Positions 1 through 7,468 of a stretch of DNA of 14,356 nucleotides are shown piece by piece; positions within the stretch are counted from its first letter, which is position 1; each line of letters starts with the position of its first letter. The notes under the pieces were generated by a model. The model was not told where the DNA came from. It did no database searches and saw only the letters and a program-made list of their open reading frames with translations. Where the stretch lies: contig JBHLNT010000104.1 of the NCBI GenBank assembly GCA_048941265.1, positions 1-14,356 on the forward strand, read 5' to 3'. The position numbers and the translations under genes are program-made. Origin of the DNA: Promethearchaeota archaeon (GTDB lineage: Archaea; Asgardarchaeota; Lokiarchaeia; Sigyniarchaeales; SOKP01).

Positions 1-587
1 TGTACTGTGCGCCTTGGAGTCATAGACGCGTCACATACCTCTTCAAGTAATCGTGGAAATTCATGTACTCTTATCGCAGCATAAAGCGAAGCAGCAATAA
101 ATCCATCAATGGATCTGCCCATAGTGAGCTTCTTCTTAGCTACAACCGAGTATATCTTCCAAGCTGTTTCCTTAATATATTCAGGTATGTTCATTTTGGA
201 GGTTAGCATCTTTAATTTCGGCTTAGCCTCCCAGAAATTCCTCTCAATACTAGAAATTAAGGAATTCTGAATTTTTGATAGACGACTAAAAAGGGTTTTT
301 CCCTTGGCCCCGATCAGCCTTCCTTTTGAATCTATTTTGCTATTCGGTAGCATGGTTCGGGGCCCGAATTCTCTCCATCGAGGTTCCGTGCGTCTCCTTT
401 TGTTAACTTCCTCGACAGTATAGGCCCTTCTCTCGTTCCCTACGAGATTTCGGCCAATGATCATCCCGCAATTCAAACACACATTATCACCTTCTCGCGA
501 TTCGATGCATGGATTTTCACAGCAAGAATCAGCGGTGCTTGGTGTGTCGCGACTTGAGCGCAATCGATCTCTATAATTGTTTGCCAT
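1..587 (-). CDS. tfb: Transcription initiation factor IIB (archaeal TFB), 5' part; runs off the left window edge
   Basis: Not in the ORF track; translated by hand from ATG 587: MANNYRDRLRSSRDTPSTADSCCENPCIESREGDNVCLNCGMIIGRNLVGNERRAYTVEEVNKRRRTEP...LFSRLSKIQNSLISSIERNFWEAKPKLKMLTSKMNIPEYIKETAWKIYSVVAKKKLTMGRSIDGFIAASLYAAIRVHEFPRLLEEVCD. It has an N-terminal Zn ribbon (CC...CxxCG), a B-reader-like ERRAY, an ERN linker and the first cyclin repeat with the GRS...AAxLYxAxR...PR signature. Purine-rich AAAGGGAAAAGAT lies before the ATG. Confidence 0.95.
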   Translation of the reverse strand, partial: MANNYRDRLRSSRDTPSTADSCCENPCIESREGDNVCLNCGMIIGRNLVGNERRAYTVEEVNKRRRTEPRWREFGPRTMLPNSKIDSKGRLIGAKGKTLFSRLSKIQNSLISSIERNFWEAKPKLKMLTSKMNIPEYIKETAWKIYSVVAKKKLTMGRSIDGFIAASLYAAIRVHEFPRLLEEVCDASMTPRRTV

Positions 588-732
588 ATCTTTTCCCTTT
601 TTATTGATCGAGTTGGTACTTTTTTTTGATGTTTTTAGTCAAAATTTTGTTTTTTTTCAAAACTATGTTTTCTATTTTAATAGTTTTGTAATCTAATGCT
701 ATATTATTTTTTCCAATATTTAAAAACTTTAC

Positions 733-837
733 TTACTGACATTGTTGTAGTGAGTAGAACAAACATATTTTTACAGTTTTACCCACTTTTTTCCCACCTA
801 GTAAGGCGGCGGGGCTTGCTAAGACTAATGTGGACAT
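733..837 (-). CDS. Candidate 34-aa leaderless uORF upstream of tfb (MSTLVLASPAALLGGKKVGKTVKICLFYSLQQCQ)
   Basis: Open frame from ATG 837 to TAA 733 on the - strand. The ATG is about 22-27 nt downstream of TTATAA boxes, which is archaeal leaderless spacing. It overlaps a locally GC-rich island. Short, so it may be chance. Confidence 0.3.
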   Translation of the reverse strand: MSTLVLASPAALLGGKKVGKTVKICLFYSLQQCQ

Positions 838-858
838 ATAAGTTAATATTTTTATTTC

Positions 859-880
859 TTATAATTTATAAGATCATTTT
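859..880 (-). promoter_or_regulatory. Putative BRE/TATA promoter for the tfb leader
   Basis: The - strand reads AAAATGATC-TTATAAAT-TATAAG just after the stop of the upstream flavoprotein gene. The AT-rich background limits certainty. Confidence 0.4.
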
Positions 881-881
881 A

Positions 882-1793
882 CTATAAAGAAGTAGTATTT
901 ACTTCATTTCTGCCGTATCCCCATGATCTCAGTATATCCTCTGCTTTTTTTATTATTTTTTCTTCTATAAATTCTTTCATAGAGATAATCTTGTCGCAGT
1001 GACCTGCAGCCATAGAATGAACTGGAGAATCTCTTAATTGCAAGTGGTATATCTTTTTATAATAATCTTCATCGAATATATCTTGATTTATAATTCTTTT
1101 TTTCCATATATTTGAAGCGAGGCTTTCTTTAGTGGTCATTATTGCAGTTCCAAAGCAAACTGCGTCTGCGCCCATAGCAAGAGCCGCAAGAAAACCTCGA
1201 GCATCTCCAATCCCTCCCGCTGCAATTATAGGAATTTTAAGTAGCTTTTTGGCCATTGTAACATTTACGAGTGTAGTATTTTGATTTGGATTCTTAAATC
1301 CTGTGCCTTCAAGGCCTACAATAGTAACAGCATCCGCTCCTAAATTTTCTGCTGATATTGCGTGTTTCATTGTAGCACATTTATGGAACCAATAGCATCC
1401 CGCATCATGCAGTTTATTTCCTATTTTCGGCGCTTGATAAGCTGAGGTAGTACATACTTTAACTCCGGCGTTAATAGCTATATCTACGAAATCTAAATAA
1501 GAATTTTCATCTCTTACCCAGCTATTTTTTTGTTTATTTTTAACCACATAAGGGGGCATAATGGAAAAATTCACTCCCCAGGGTTTTCGTGTTAATTTAT
1601 TCATTTTTTCTAGTTCTGCTTGGAACTCATCATTCGTCCTAAAATTCAACGCAGTAATAATTCCAAATCCTCCCGCGTTCGAAAACGCTGCAGCAAACTC
1701 CGCTTTTCCAATAATGGCGAAAGCTCCCATGATTATGGGGTACTTTGTGCCCATCATTTCAGTTAATTTTGTTTTCCAAATCAATCTTTTCAC
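882..1793 (-). CDS. Nitronate monooxygenase / FabK-like FMN-dependent TIM-barrel oxidoreductase
   Basis: Motifs TKLTEMMGTKYPIIMGA, AAAFSNAGGFGII, KPWGVN, GADAVTIVGLEGTG and IPIIAAGGIGDARGFLAALAMGADAVCFGT are typical of the NMO/2-nitropropane dioxygenase family. GTG start. Confidence 0.9.
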   Translation of the reverse strand: MKRLIWKTKLTEMMGTKYPIIMGAFAIIGKAEFAAAFSNAGGFGIITALNFRTNDEFQAELEKMNKLTRKPWGVNFSIMPPYVVKNKQKNSWVRDENSYLDFVDIAINAGVKVCTTSAYQAPKIGNKLHDAGCYWFHKCATMKHAISAENLGADAVTIVGLEGTGFKNPNQNTTLVNVTMAKKLLKIPIIAAGGIGDARGFLAALAMGADAVCFGTAIMTTKESLASNIWKKRIINQDIFDEDYYKKIYHLQLRDSPVHSMAAGHCDKIISMKEFIEEKIIKKAEDILRSWGYGRNEVNTTSL

Positions 1794-1839
1794 GAATTAT
1801 TAATAGAAAAAATAATTATTATAAATATTAGATTCATTA

Positions 1840-2040
1840 TTAATTCTCTTTTTTAATGAGCTTTATTAAAGCAATAACGATGGCAATAAGAAAAGGTAAG
1901 GGTGCTGTAATTCCTAAAATAATGTAAGAAATGTTATTTTCTGCAGTTGCTACATCAATTGCGCTTCTTAAAATATTCAAGTAAAATAAAATTAATATAA
2001 TGACAGGGATGTATTTATTATTAATTTTCATTATCATCAC
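1840..2040 (-). CDS. Small membrane protein with two predicted TM helices
   Basis: 66-aa ORF with two hydrophobic stretches flanked by Lys-rich ends. It starts 15 nt after the upstream co-directional gene and is probably co-transcribed. Confidence 0.55.
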   Translation of the reverse strand: MMIMKINNKYIPVIILILFYLNILRSAIDVATAENNISYIILGITAPLPFLIAIVIALIKLIKKEN

Positions 2041-2055
2041 TACTTTTTATGCTAA

Positions 2056-2895
2056 TTAAATTGGAAATAAATCAACACCGGCTAATAATGGATTAATAAA
2101 AAGACTTGCGAGCACCAGAATTCCAATTAATACAACAATAAATACTGGTATTAATCCAAAGAAAAATAGTGCTGATTTTGTTTTACCGCGTAATTCAATT
2201 TTTTTATCATTTAAAATGTATCCATATAGAATCAGAAATATTAATATTACCAAAAACCAGCCAAGAAAATTTAAGAAAGGGATCGAAAAAATTGAAAAAG
2301 TCTCTTTAGGATCAGACAACCAGACCCACATTCCCTTAGAATTCGGATAAATTGAAGCTGAACCTAAATTAACCATTACAGGATCTATCCAGAGATCGAG
2401 AGAAACCGCTAGAATTCCGGCCATACTCGCATGGAATACATAGTTTCGGTTTGGAAAGATCAACTCTGAAAGATAATTACAACACCATGCAAGCATAAAC
2501 CAACTCAAACATGTATAAAGAGGGATTTCAATGAACCATAATCCCCCTCTGGTGAAAAAATATGTCTCTTCTGGAGTGAGGTTGTACCTTCCTAGCAAAA
2601 TCCAATGAACTTCTTCGAGACCTGCAAACATAATTGCTCCGTAAACAAAACAAGTGGTTTTATACTTCCCTTCTGATTTAATCAGGTGATATATTACAAT
2701 TAAAGCTAAAATTATGGTTACAACATCCATTATCACTAGATCTAGCCATATCGGTTCAATAAAGTATGGTCCGAGAACATTTGGAACACGTAAAATCTCT
2801 GGAAACCAATGATGTAAAATTGTTGAAATCACAATTACAGGTGTAAAAATAAGCGTTATTACAATTATGAACTTTTCATCATAATTTAACTTCAT
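2056..2895 (-). CDS. CruF-like (carotenoid biosynthesis / DUF422 family) multi-pass membrane protein
   Basis: Family-like motifs E..IPLY...SWFML.W, LDLWIDPV.V..G...W.W and IFSIPFLNFLGWF. The likely start is MKLNYDEK (ATG 2895); the ORF track extends it to 2964 through AT-rich promoter sequence. Confidence 0.75.
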   Translation of the reverse strand: MKLNYDEKFIIVITLIFTPVIVISTILHHWFPEILRVPNVLGPYFIEPIWLDLVIMDVVTIILALIVIYHLIKSEGKYKTTCFVYGAIMFAGLEEVHWILLGRYNLTPEETYFFTRGGLWFIEIPLYTCLSWFMLAWCCNYLSELIFPNRNYVFHASMAGILAVSLDLWIDPVMVNLGSASIYPNSKGMWVWLSDPKETFSIFSIPFLNFLGWFLVILIFLILYGYILNDKKIELRGKTKSALFFFGLIPVFIVVLIGILVLASLFINPLLAGVDLFPI

Positions 2896-2977
2896 AATAA
2901 CTTCTATTCTCTTTTTTAATTTAAATGTTTTTTTGAAGTTAAAGTGTTGAGTTAAAAACCACATAAAAAATAAATAA

Positions 2978-2989
2978 TTTTATATAAAA
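2978..2989. promoter_or_regulatory. Palindromic TATA element (TTTTATATAAAA), possible bidirectional promoter
   Basis: Perfect 12-bp palindrome between divergent genes, about 20-25 nt before ATG 3009 (leaderless spacing). Confidence 0.45.
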
Positions 2990-3008
2990 AATCTAATATA
3001 CCTAATCT

Positions 3009-3755
3009 ATGGACCCCGTTTTTATAGGAATGATTTTTGAAATGATAATTTCCATAATCGGAGCTATTATTTCATGGTTAATCTTTAGAAAGTATTTAAT
3101 CAAGAGACATCAACTCACTTTATACTTATTTATAATATTTGCTTGTTTTGTAATCGCTGTTATATTCTCTTGGATTTCAAAAATAATTGTACTTACTACT
3201 GATATAGATTATGTGTATAACCAATCTAATGTTAGATTTCCAAATACGCCTTTATATTGGTTACTTTTTAGGATCGTGGACTTTAGAATTAGTATTTTGT
3301 TTGTAGCTATTGCTGTAATTTACTCATACTTACTAAAAGTTGGTATATTTGAAAAAGATCCCAGTAAAAATCAAAAAGTTATAGTTTTTGTTTTTGGAGG
3401 CTATGTGATATTTTTTACAGTTTTTATTTATGAACGAGGGAACACACTACTGGATGCGATTAATTTTTTAAATATACTTATATTTATGGCAGCCATATAC
3501 ATTTCATTCATAATTAGATTATTAAAAGCATACAGAACTGTAAACGATCCAACTTTTAAAAGAGCATTTCTTTCGTTGGCAATAATGAGCCTTAGCTTCA
3601 TTTTGACATTTATTTTTGTTTTAATCGATCGAATAACGATAATCATGGGAAGTCAAGGTTTTACGATATTCTATTTTTTAGCATGGAGTTTTGTTATTGT
3701 GGGTTTTCTTGGAGCTTATCTTGGGTATATTCGACCAAAATCAACTGAAGAGTGA
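3009..3755 (+). CDS. Seven-TM integral membrane protein (paralog 1), no fused output domain
   Basis: Seven hydrophobic segments. Basic loops 1 and 5 and the C-terminus suggest N-out/C-in topology. Colinear with 3830..4582. Confidence 0.85.
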   Translation: MDPVFIGMIFEMIISIIGAIISWLIFRKYLIKRHQLTLYLFIIFACFVIAVIFSWISKIIVLTTDIDYVYNQSNVRFPNTPLYWLLFRIVDFRISILFVAIAVIYSYLLKVGIFEKDPSKNQKVIVFVFGGYVIFFTVFIYERGNTLLDAINFLNILIFMAAIYISFIIRLLKAYRTVNDPTFKRAFLSLAIMSLSFILTFIFVLIDRITIIMGSQGFTIFYFLAWSFVIVGFLGAYLGYIRPKSTEE

Positions 3756-3829
3756 TTAATTATATTCTATATAGATCTATTTAGTTATTAAGCCATACTA
3801 TTAAATAAAAATTATGTTATAATTATATC

Positions 3830-4582
3830 ATGGCAACCTTACAGAGTTTAATGTTCATTGGGATGGTATTTGAGACGATAATCATCATTATTGCGACGTT
3901 CTTATTACTTTTAATACTTAAACGATATTTTGTTAAGAAGCATAGACTCACGTTTTACTTATTTATTATCTTCTTAAATTGGTTATTAGCAATTATTTTT
4001 TCTTGGCTTTCAAAAGTGTTAGTGTTGTATTCTGGGTTGGACTATTTAGCAGCAGGTACTACCCATGATCCGAGAACACCTCTATCATGGATTTTATTCA
4101 GGATAATAGATTTCAGGATTAGTTTTATGTTTGTAACGATTGGAACCACTTTCTCTTATATTTTAATGTTAAATGTGTTTGATAGAGAATTTAGTAAAAA
4201 TCAAAAGACACTTATTTATATCTACGGGATTTTCACTGCTTTCTACTCATTGATAATTTATCAACGAGGGGTTACAATCTTAGACGTTTTTGCGTTTCTT
4301 TTCTTATTAATTTTGATTTCAATAGTCTATATTCCATTTATGATAAGTTCGTTCAAGTATTATAAATCTGTTAGTGATCCCGAATATAAGAAAGCATTCC
4401 TCTCTTTAGCATTGATGAGCCTGAGTTTTATACTAGTTTTACTTATGTTTCTGATTGATAGGATCTTAATATTGTTTGGTGATCCGGGTTTTACAATTTT
4501 TTACTTCATGGCATGGACTTTTGTAATAATTGGATTTCTTGAGGCATATTTAGGTTATATAAAACCAAAGAGTAAAGGATAA
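3830..4582 (+). CDS. Seven-TM integral membrane protein (paralog 2, tandem duplicate)
   Basis: Shares FIGMxFE, HxLTxYLFIIF, IFSWxSK, PxTPLxWxLFRIxDFRIS, SKNQK, AFLSLAxMSLSFIL, LIDRI and GFTIFYFxAWxFVIxGFLxAYLGYIxPKS with paralog 1. Confidence 0.85.
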   Translation: MATLQSLMFIGMVFETIIIIIATFLLLLILKRYFVKKHRLTFYLFIIFLNWLLAIIFSWLSKVLVLYSGLDYLAAGTTHDPRTPLSWILFRIIDFRISFMFVTIGTTFSYILMLNVFDREFSKNQKTLIYIYGIFTAFYSLIIYQRGVTILDVFAFLFLLILISIVYIPFMISSFKYYKSVSDPEYKKAFLSLALMSLSFILVLLMFLIDRILILFGDPGFTIFYFMAWTFVIIGFLEAYLGYIKPKSKG

Positions 4583-4593
4583 AATTTAATATC

Positions 4594-4620
4594 GGAGAGA
4601 TTTATTCTCCTAATTTTTTA
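4594..4620 (+). terminator. Putative terminator (short hairpin plus T tract)
   Basis: GGAGA-gatttat-TCTCC stem-loop followed by TAATTTTTT, 11 nt after the stop of paralog 2. Confidence 0.4.
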
Positions 4621-4979
4621 AAAATAATGGTTAAATTTTTAAAAATTTATTAGTTTGTAGAGAATTAATATAATTGATTGCTTCAAATTTATCTTTATAT
4701 CAATTTTTTATCAGAAATAAGAGCGATAAACTAAATATCTCTTCAATTTTAAATTCTTTAGCGAATTCCATTGAAAATTTTAAATTTTCTTTAACTAAAA
4801 ATCTATTCTTTGAAATCATACAAAGAATTAAGTAATTCCAATTAGATATGGAAATTTAGTTATAGCTTACAATTATAAAAATAAACCTATATAAATGATT
4901 TAACTCTATATTTTTATAAGTTCATCATAAATTATACAAAATAAATTTTAATAATGTACTCGAGAAAGCGGAGATATCG

Positions 4980-5390
4980 TTGGTAAAAGTCCTTCAAGAT
5001 ATTTGGATTCTTAGTGAAAGTGGGATTGTATTATATAGTAGGGTCTTTAATCCGAAAGTAAATGAACAACTTTTTGGTGCTCTAATGACTGCCTTAAATT
5101 CATTCGCAACTGAGCTTGCTAAAGGAGGTTTATCAAATTTTGAGCTGTCTTCAATACGATTTACAATTTATAAAGACAAAGGTTATTTGTTTGTAGCAAA
5201 TTCCGCTAAGAATGTTAAGGAGAAAAAAGTCCAAGATGAATTGAAAATTATTGCTGAAAAGTTTTTTGATAAATATTCTGATGTCTTGGCCTCTTGGGAT
5301 TCAGATGTAAATGTCTTTGTTAATTTCAATGAAGATATTGAAGACAGTTTAGAAGACACAATTAAAAAGTTTCAAAAAGCATTTTGGTAA
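4980..5390 (+). CDS. Stand-alone longin-like domain protein (Asgard eukaryotic-signature-like)
   Basis: Pattern IWILSESGIVLYSRVF (beta-beta), EQLFGALMTALNSFA (helix), three beta strands (FEL, FTIY, YLFVA), then helices ending LKIIAEKFFDKY...FVNF. This is longin/sigma-adaptin-like topology. TTG start with GGAG RBS. Confidence 0.75.
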   Translation: MVKVLQDIWILSESGIVLYSRVFNPKVNEQLFGALMTALNSFATELAKGGLSNFELSSIRFTIYKDKGYLFVANSAKNVKEKKVQDELKIIAEKFFDKYSDVLASWDSDVNVFVNFNEDIEDSLEDTIKKFQKAFW

Positions 5391-5503
5391 TTAATTCTAT
5401 TTATTTTTTCAGAATTTGGGTTTTTTATGTTTCACAACCGTAAATAATTTAAGAAGAAAAGAATATATTTTTCTTGTAAGTACAAAAAATTTTAAGAATT
5501 AAA

Positions 5504-5788
5504 ATGAAAGAAACGGAAAAGAAAAAGGAAACCATTGGCCTATTCTCTTCAGACGCGCTCTCTAATTCTATAAACAATTTATCAAAGCCAAGATTTTTAG
5601 GCTCTATTCATATGAACAAAGAATTCATTAGTAATTTCAGCTCAGTTGAAAATTTATTACATGGTGAACTCGAAATGAAGCTTAATAAATCTTTAAAAAA
5701 TACGTTATTTAATCCTATAACAAAAATTCTAATCCTAATAACCATTATATTTAATTTAGTCTGGTTACTTCTATTTTATATATTTTAA
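5504..5788 (+). CDS. Small protein with a single C-terminal TM helix (tail-anchored topology)
   Basis: About 74 hydrophilic residues, then ILILITIIFNLVWLLLFYIF-stop. No N-terminal signal peptide. Confidence 0.6.
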   Translation: MKETEKKKETIGLFSSDALSNSINNLSKPRFLGSIHMNKEFISNFSSVENLLHGELEMKLNKSLKNTLFNPITKILILITIIFNLVWLLLFYIF

Positions 5789-5998
5789 ATCGATGTAAGG
5801 AAAAAATTGAGATTTTGAATTAAAGAAAATCACTTCTTTAGTACAATAGAGAAATTTTCTCCAAATATAATATTATCAATAGAAAAATACTCTCCCTTCA
5901 ATTAAGTTTTAAAGATATATTATAATTTAATAATTAAAATAGTGGTCTTTTAAATTCAAATTATCAAAAAACTCCATCATAGGGGTAAATAAAATTTG

Positions 5999-7468
5999 AT
6001 GTATGATGTAATTATTATTGGTGGCGGAGTTATTGGTTGCTGTATTGCACGTACCCTGTCAAAATATGATATTAAAATATGTTTACTAGAAAAAGAAGCA
6101 GATTTAGCGTCTGGAACTACTAAAGCTAATTCCGGAGTAGTCCACGCTGGATACGCTGCGGAAAGGGAATATGTTAAAAGAAATTTATGTATTAAAGGTA
6201 ATAAGATGTATACTCAGGCGGCAGAAGAACTCAATTTCCCTTTTAAAAGAATTGGCTCCTTTGTGGTCGCTCTAGAAGATAGTCAAATAAAGACTTTAGA
6301 GGAAGAAAGAAAAAAGGGAACCGAAGATGGAGTTCCGGGTTTAGAGGTAATTCTTGATAAAAAAAAGATTTTGCATATGGAACCTAGTTTGACTGAAGAT
6401 GTTGTGGGAGTTTTACATGCACCTTCTGCAGGAATAGTCAGTCCATATGAAATGACTTTTGCGCTAGCAGAAAATGCTGTGTTAAATGGTGTTAAGATAT
6501 GCCGAAACTATAAAGTCACCAATATTAGACATACCGACTATGTATTTACGGTTAAAACAAAACAGGAAGAATTTAAGGGGAGGAATATCATAAATGCTGC
6601 AGGTATTTATGCAAGAAAGATATCTAAAATGGTAGGTCTCGATTATTTTGATATTATGCCCAGAAAAGGAGAATATATTTTATTTGATAGAAATGTCCTC
6701 CATCTCAATAAAGTCTTATTTCCCATACCGACAAAAATTTCAAAAGGGATCTTAGTGTGTCCTACAATTCATGAAAATACATTTGTGGGCCCAAATGCTC
6801 AAAATATAACTGATAAAAAAGATATCGCGACCACCACTGCTGGTTTAAAAGAAATTCTGGAAGGTGCTAGAACATTAGTTCCAAATATTCCAGAAAGGAG
6901 CGCTATTAGAAATTTTGCTGGTCTTAGAGCCGTGCCAGATACTTATGATTTTATTATCGATAATACAGATGTATTTGGTTTTATTAATGTAGCAGGAATT
7001 TTATCTCCAGGATTGAGTTCTTGTTTTTCAATCGCCGAAAAGGTAGAAAGCTTTCTTGAATTACTTGGAGTAGAATTGAAAGTAAAAGAAAATTATAATC
7101 CTTTTAGACCTAAACCAGAACGGTTTCATGACTTTACCCTAGAAGAACTTGATCAAAAAATTAAGGAGGATCCCGCATGGGGTAATATTATTTGTCGCTG
7201 TGAGACTATTTCAGAGAAAGAGATCATTAATGCAATACATTCTCCAGTGGGAGCTAGGACAGTAGATGGTATAAAATTTAGATGTAGACCCGGAATGGGA
7301 CGATGCCAAGGTGGTTTTTGTCGTCCACGTGTCATTGAATTGCTCTCTCGAGAATTGAACATTCCTTATGATGAGGTCACTAAAAGGGGAGAAGACACTA
7401 ACTTTTTAGTAGGCCGAACAAAGGATTTTATATTGAAAAGCATAGAAAAGGGGGGAATTGAGGAATGA
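5999..7468 (+). CDS. FAD-dependent oxidoreductase with C-terminal BFD-like [2Fe-2S] domain; probable glycerol-3-phosphate dehydrogenase subunit (GlpA-like)
   Basis: Motifs YDVIIIGGGVIGC, GTTKANSGVVHAG, PRKGEY, FAGLRA, SPGLSS, and C-terminal ICRCE...RCRPGMGRCQGGFC. ATG 5999 (TTG 5996 is in frame); AGGGGT RBS upstream. Confidence 0.85.
   Translation: MYDVIIIGGGVIGCCIARTLSKYDIKICLLEKEADLASGTTKANSGVVHAGYAAEREYVKRNLCIKGNKMYTQAAEELNFPFKRIGSFVVALEDSQIKTLEEERKKGTEDGVPGLEVILDKKKILHMEPSLTEDVVGVLHAPSAGIVSPYEMTFALAENAVLNGVKICRNYKVTNIRHTDYVFTVKTKQEEFKGRNIINAAGIYARKISKMVGLDYFDIMPRKGEYILFDRNVLHLNKVLFPIPTKISKGILVCPTIHENTFVGPNAQNITDKKDIATTTAGLKEILEGARTLVPNIPERSAIRNFAGLRAVPDTYDFIIDNTDVFGFINVAGILSPGLSSCFSIAEKVESFLELLGVELKVKENYNPFRPKPERFHDFTLEELDQKIKEDPAWGNIICRCETISEKEIINAIHSPVGARTVDGIKFRCRPGMGRCQGGFCRPRVIELLSRELNIPYDEVTKRGEDTNFLVGRTKDFILKSIEKGGIEE

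Noticed and set aside
696-887. 63-aa + strand ORF from the track
   Set aside because: Low-complexity product of AT-rich DNA, antisense to the tfb leader and overlapping the NMO stop.
1561-1803. 80-aa + strand ORF
   Set aside because: Antisense shadow of the well-supported NMO-family gene.
3428-3646. 72-aa - strand ORF
   Set aside because: Antisense shadow within 7TM paralog 1.
3009-4582. 7TM proteins as rhodopsins (tempting given the adjacent CruF-like gene)
   Set aside because: No Lys in TM7 (no DxxxK or SxxxK motif), and no retinal synthesis genes in the window.
4700-4819. 39-aa - strand ORF (MISKNRFLVKENLKFSMEFAKEFKIEEIFSLSLLFLIKN) in the intergenic gap
   Set aside because: Short, composition driven by AT bias, no RBS or motif support.
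7153-7362. 69-aa - strand ORF
   Set aside because: Antisense to the conserved BFD-like domain of the GlpA-like gene.
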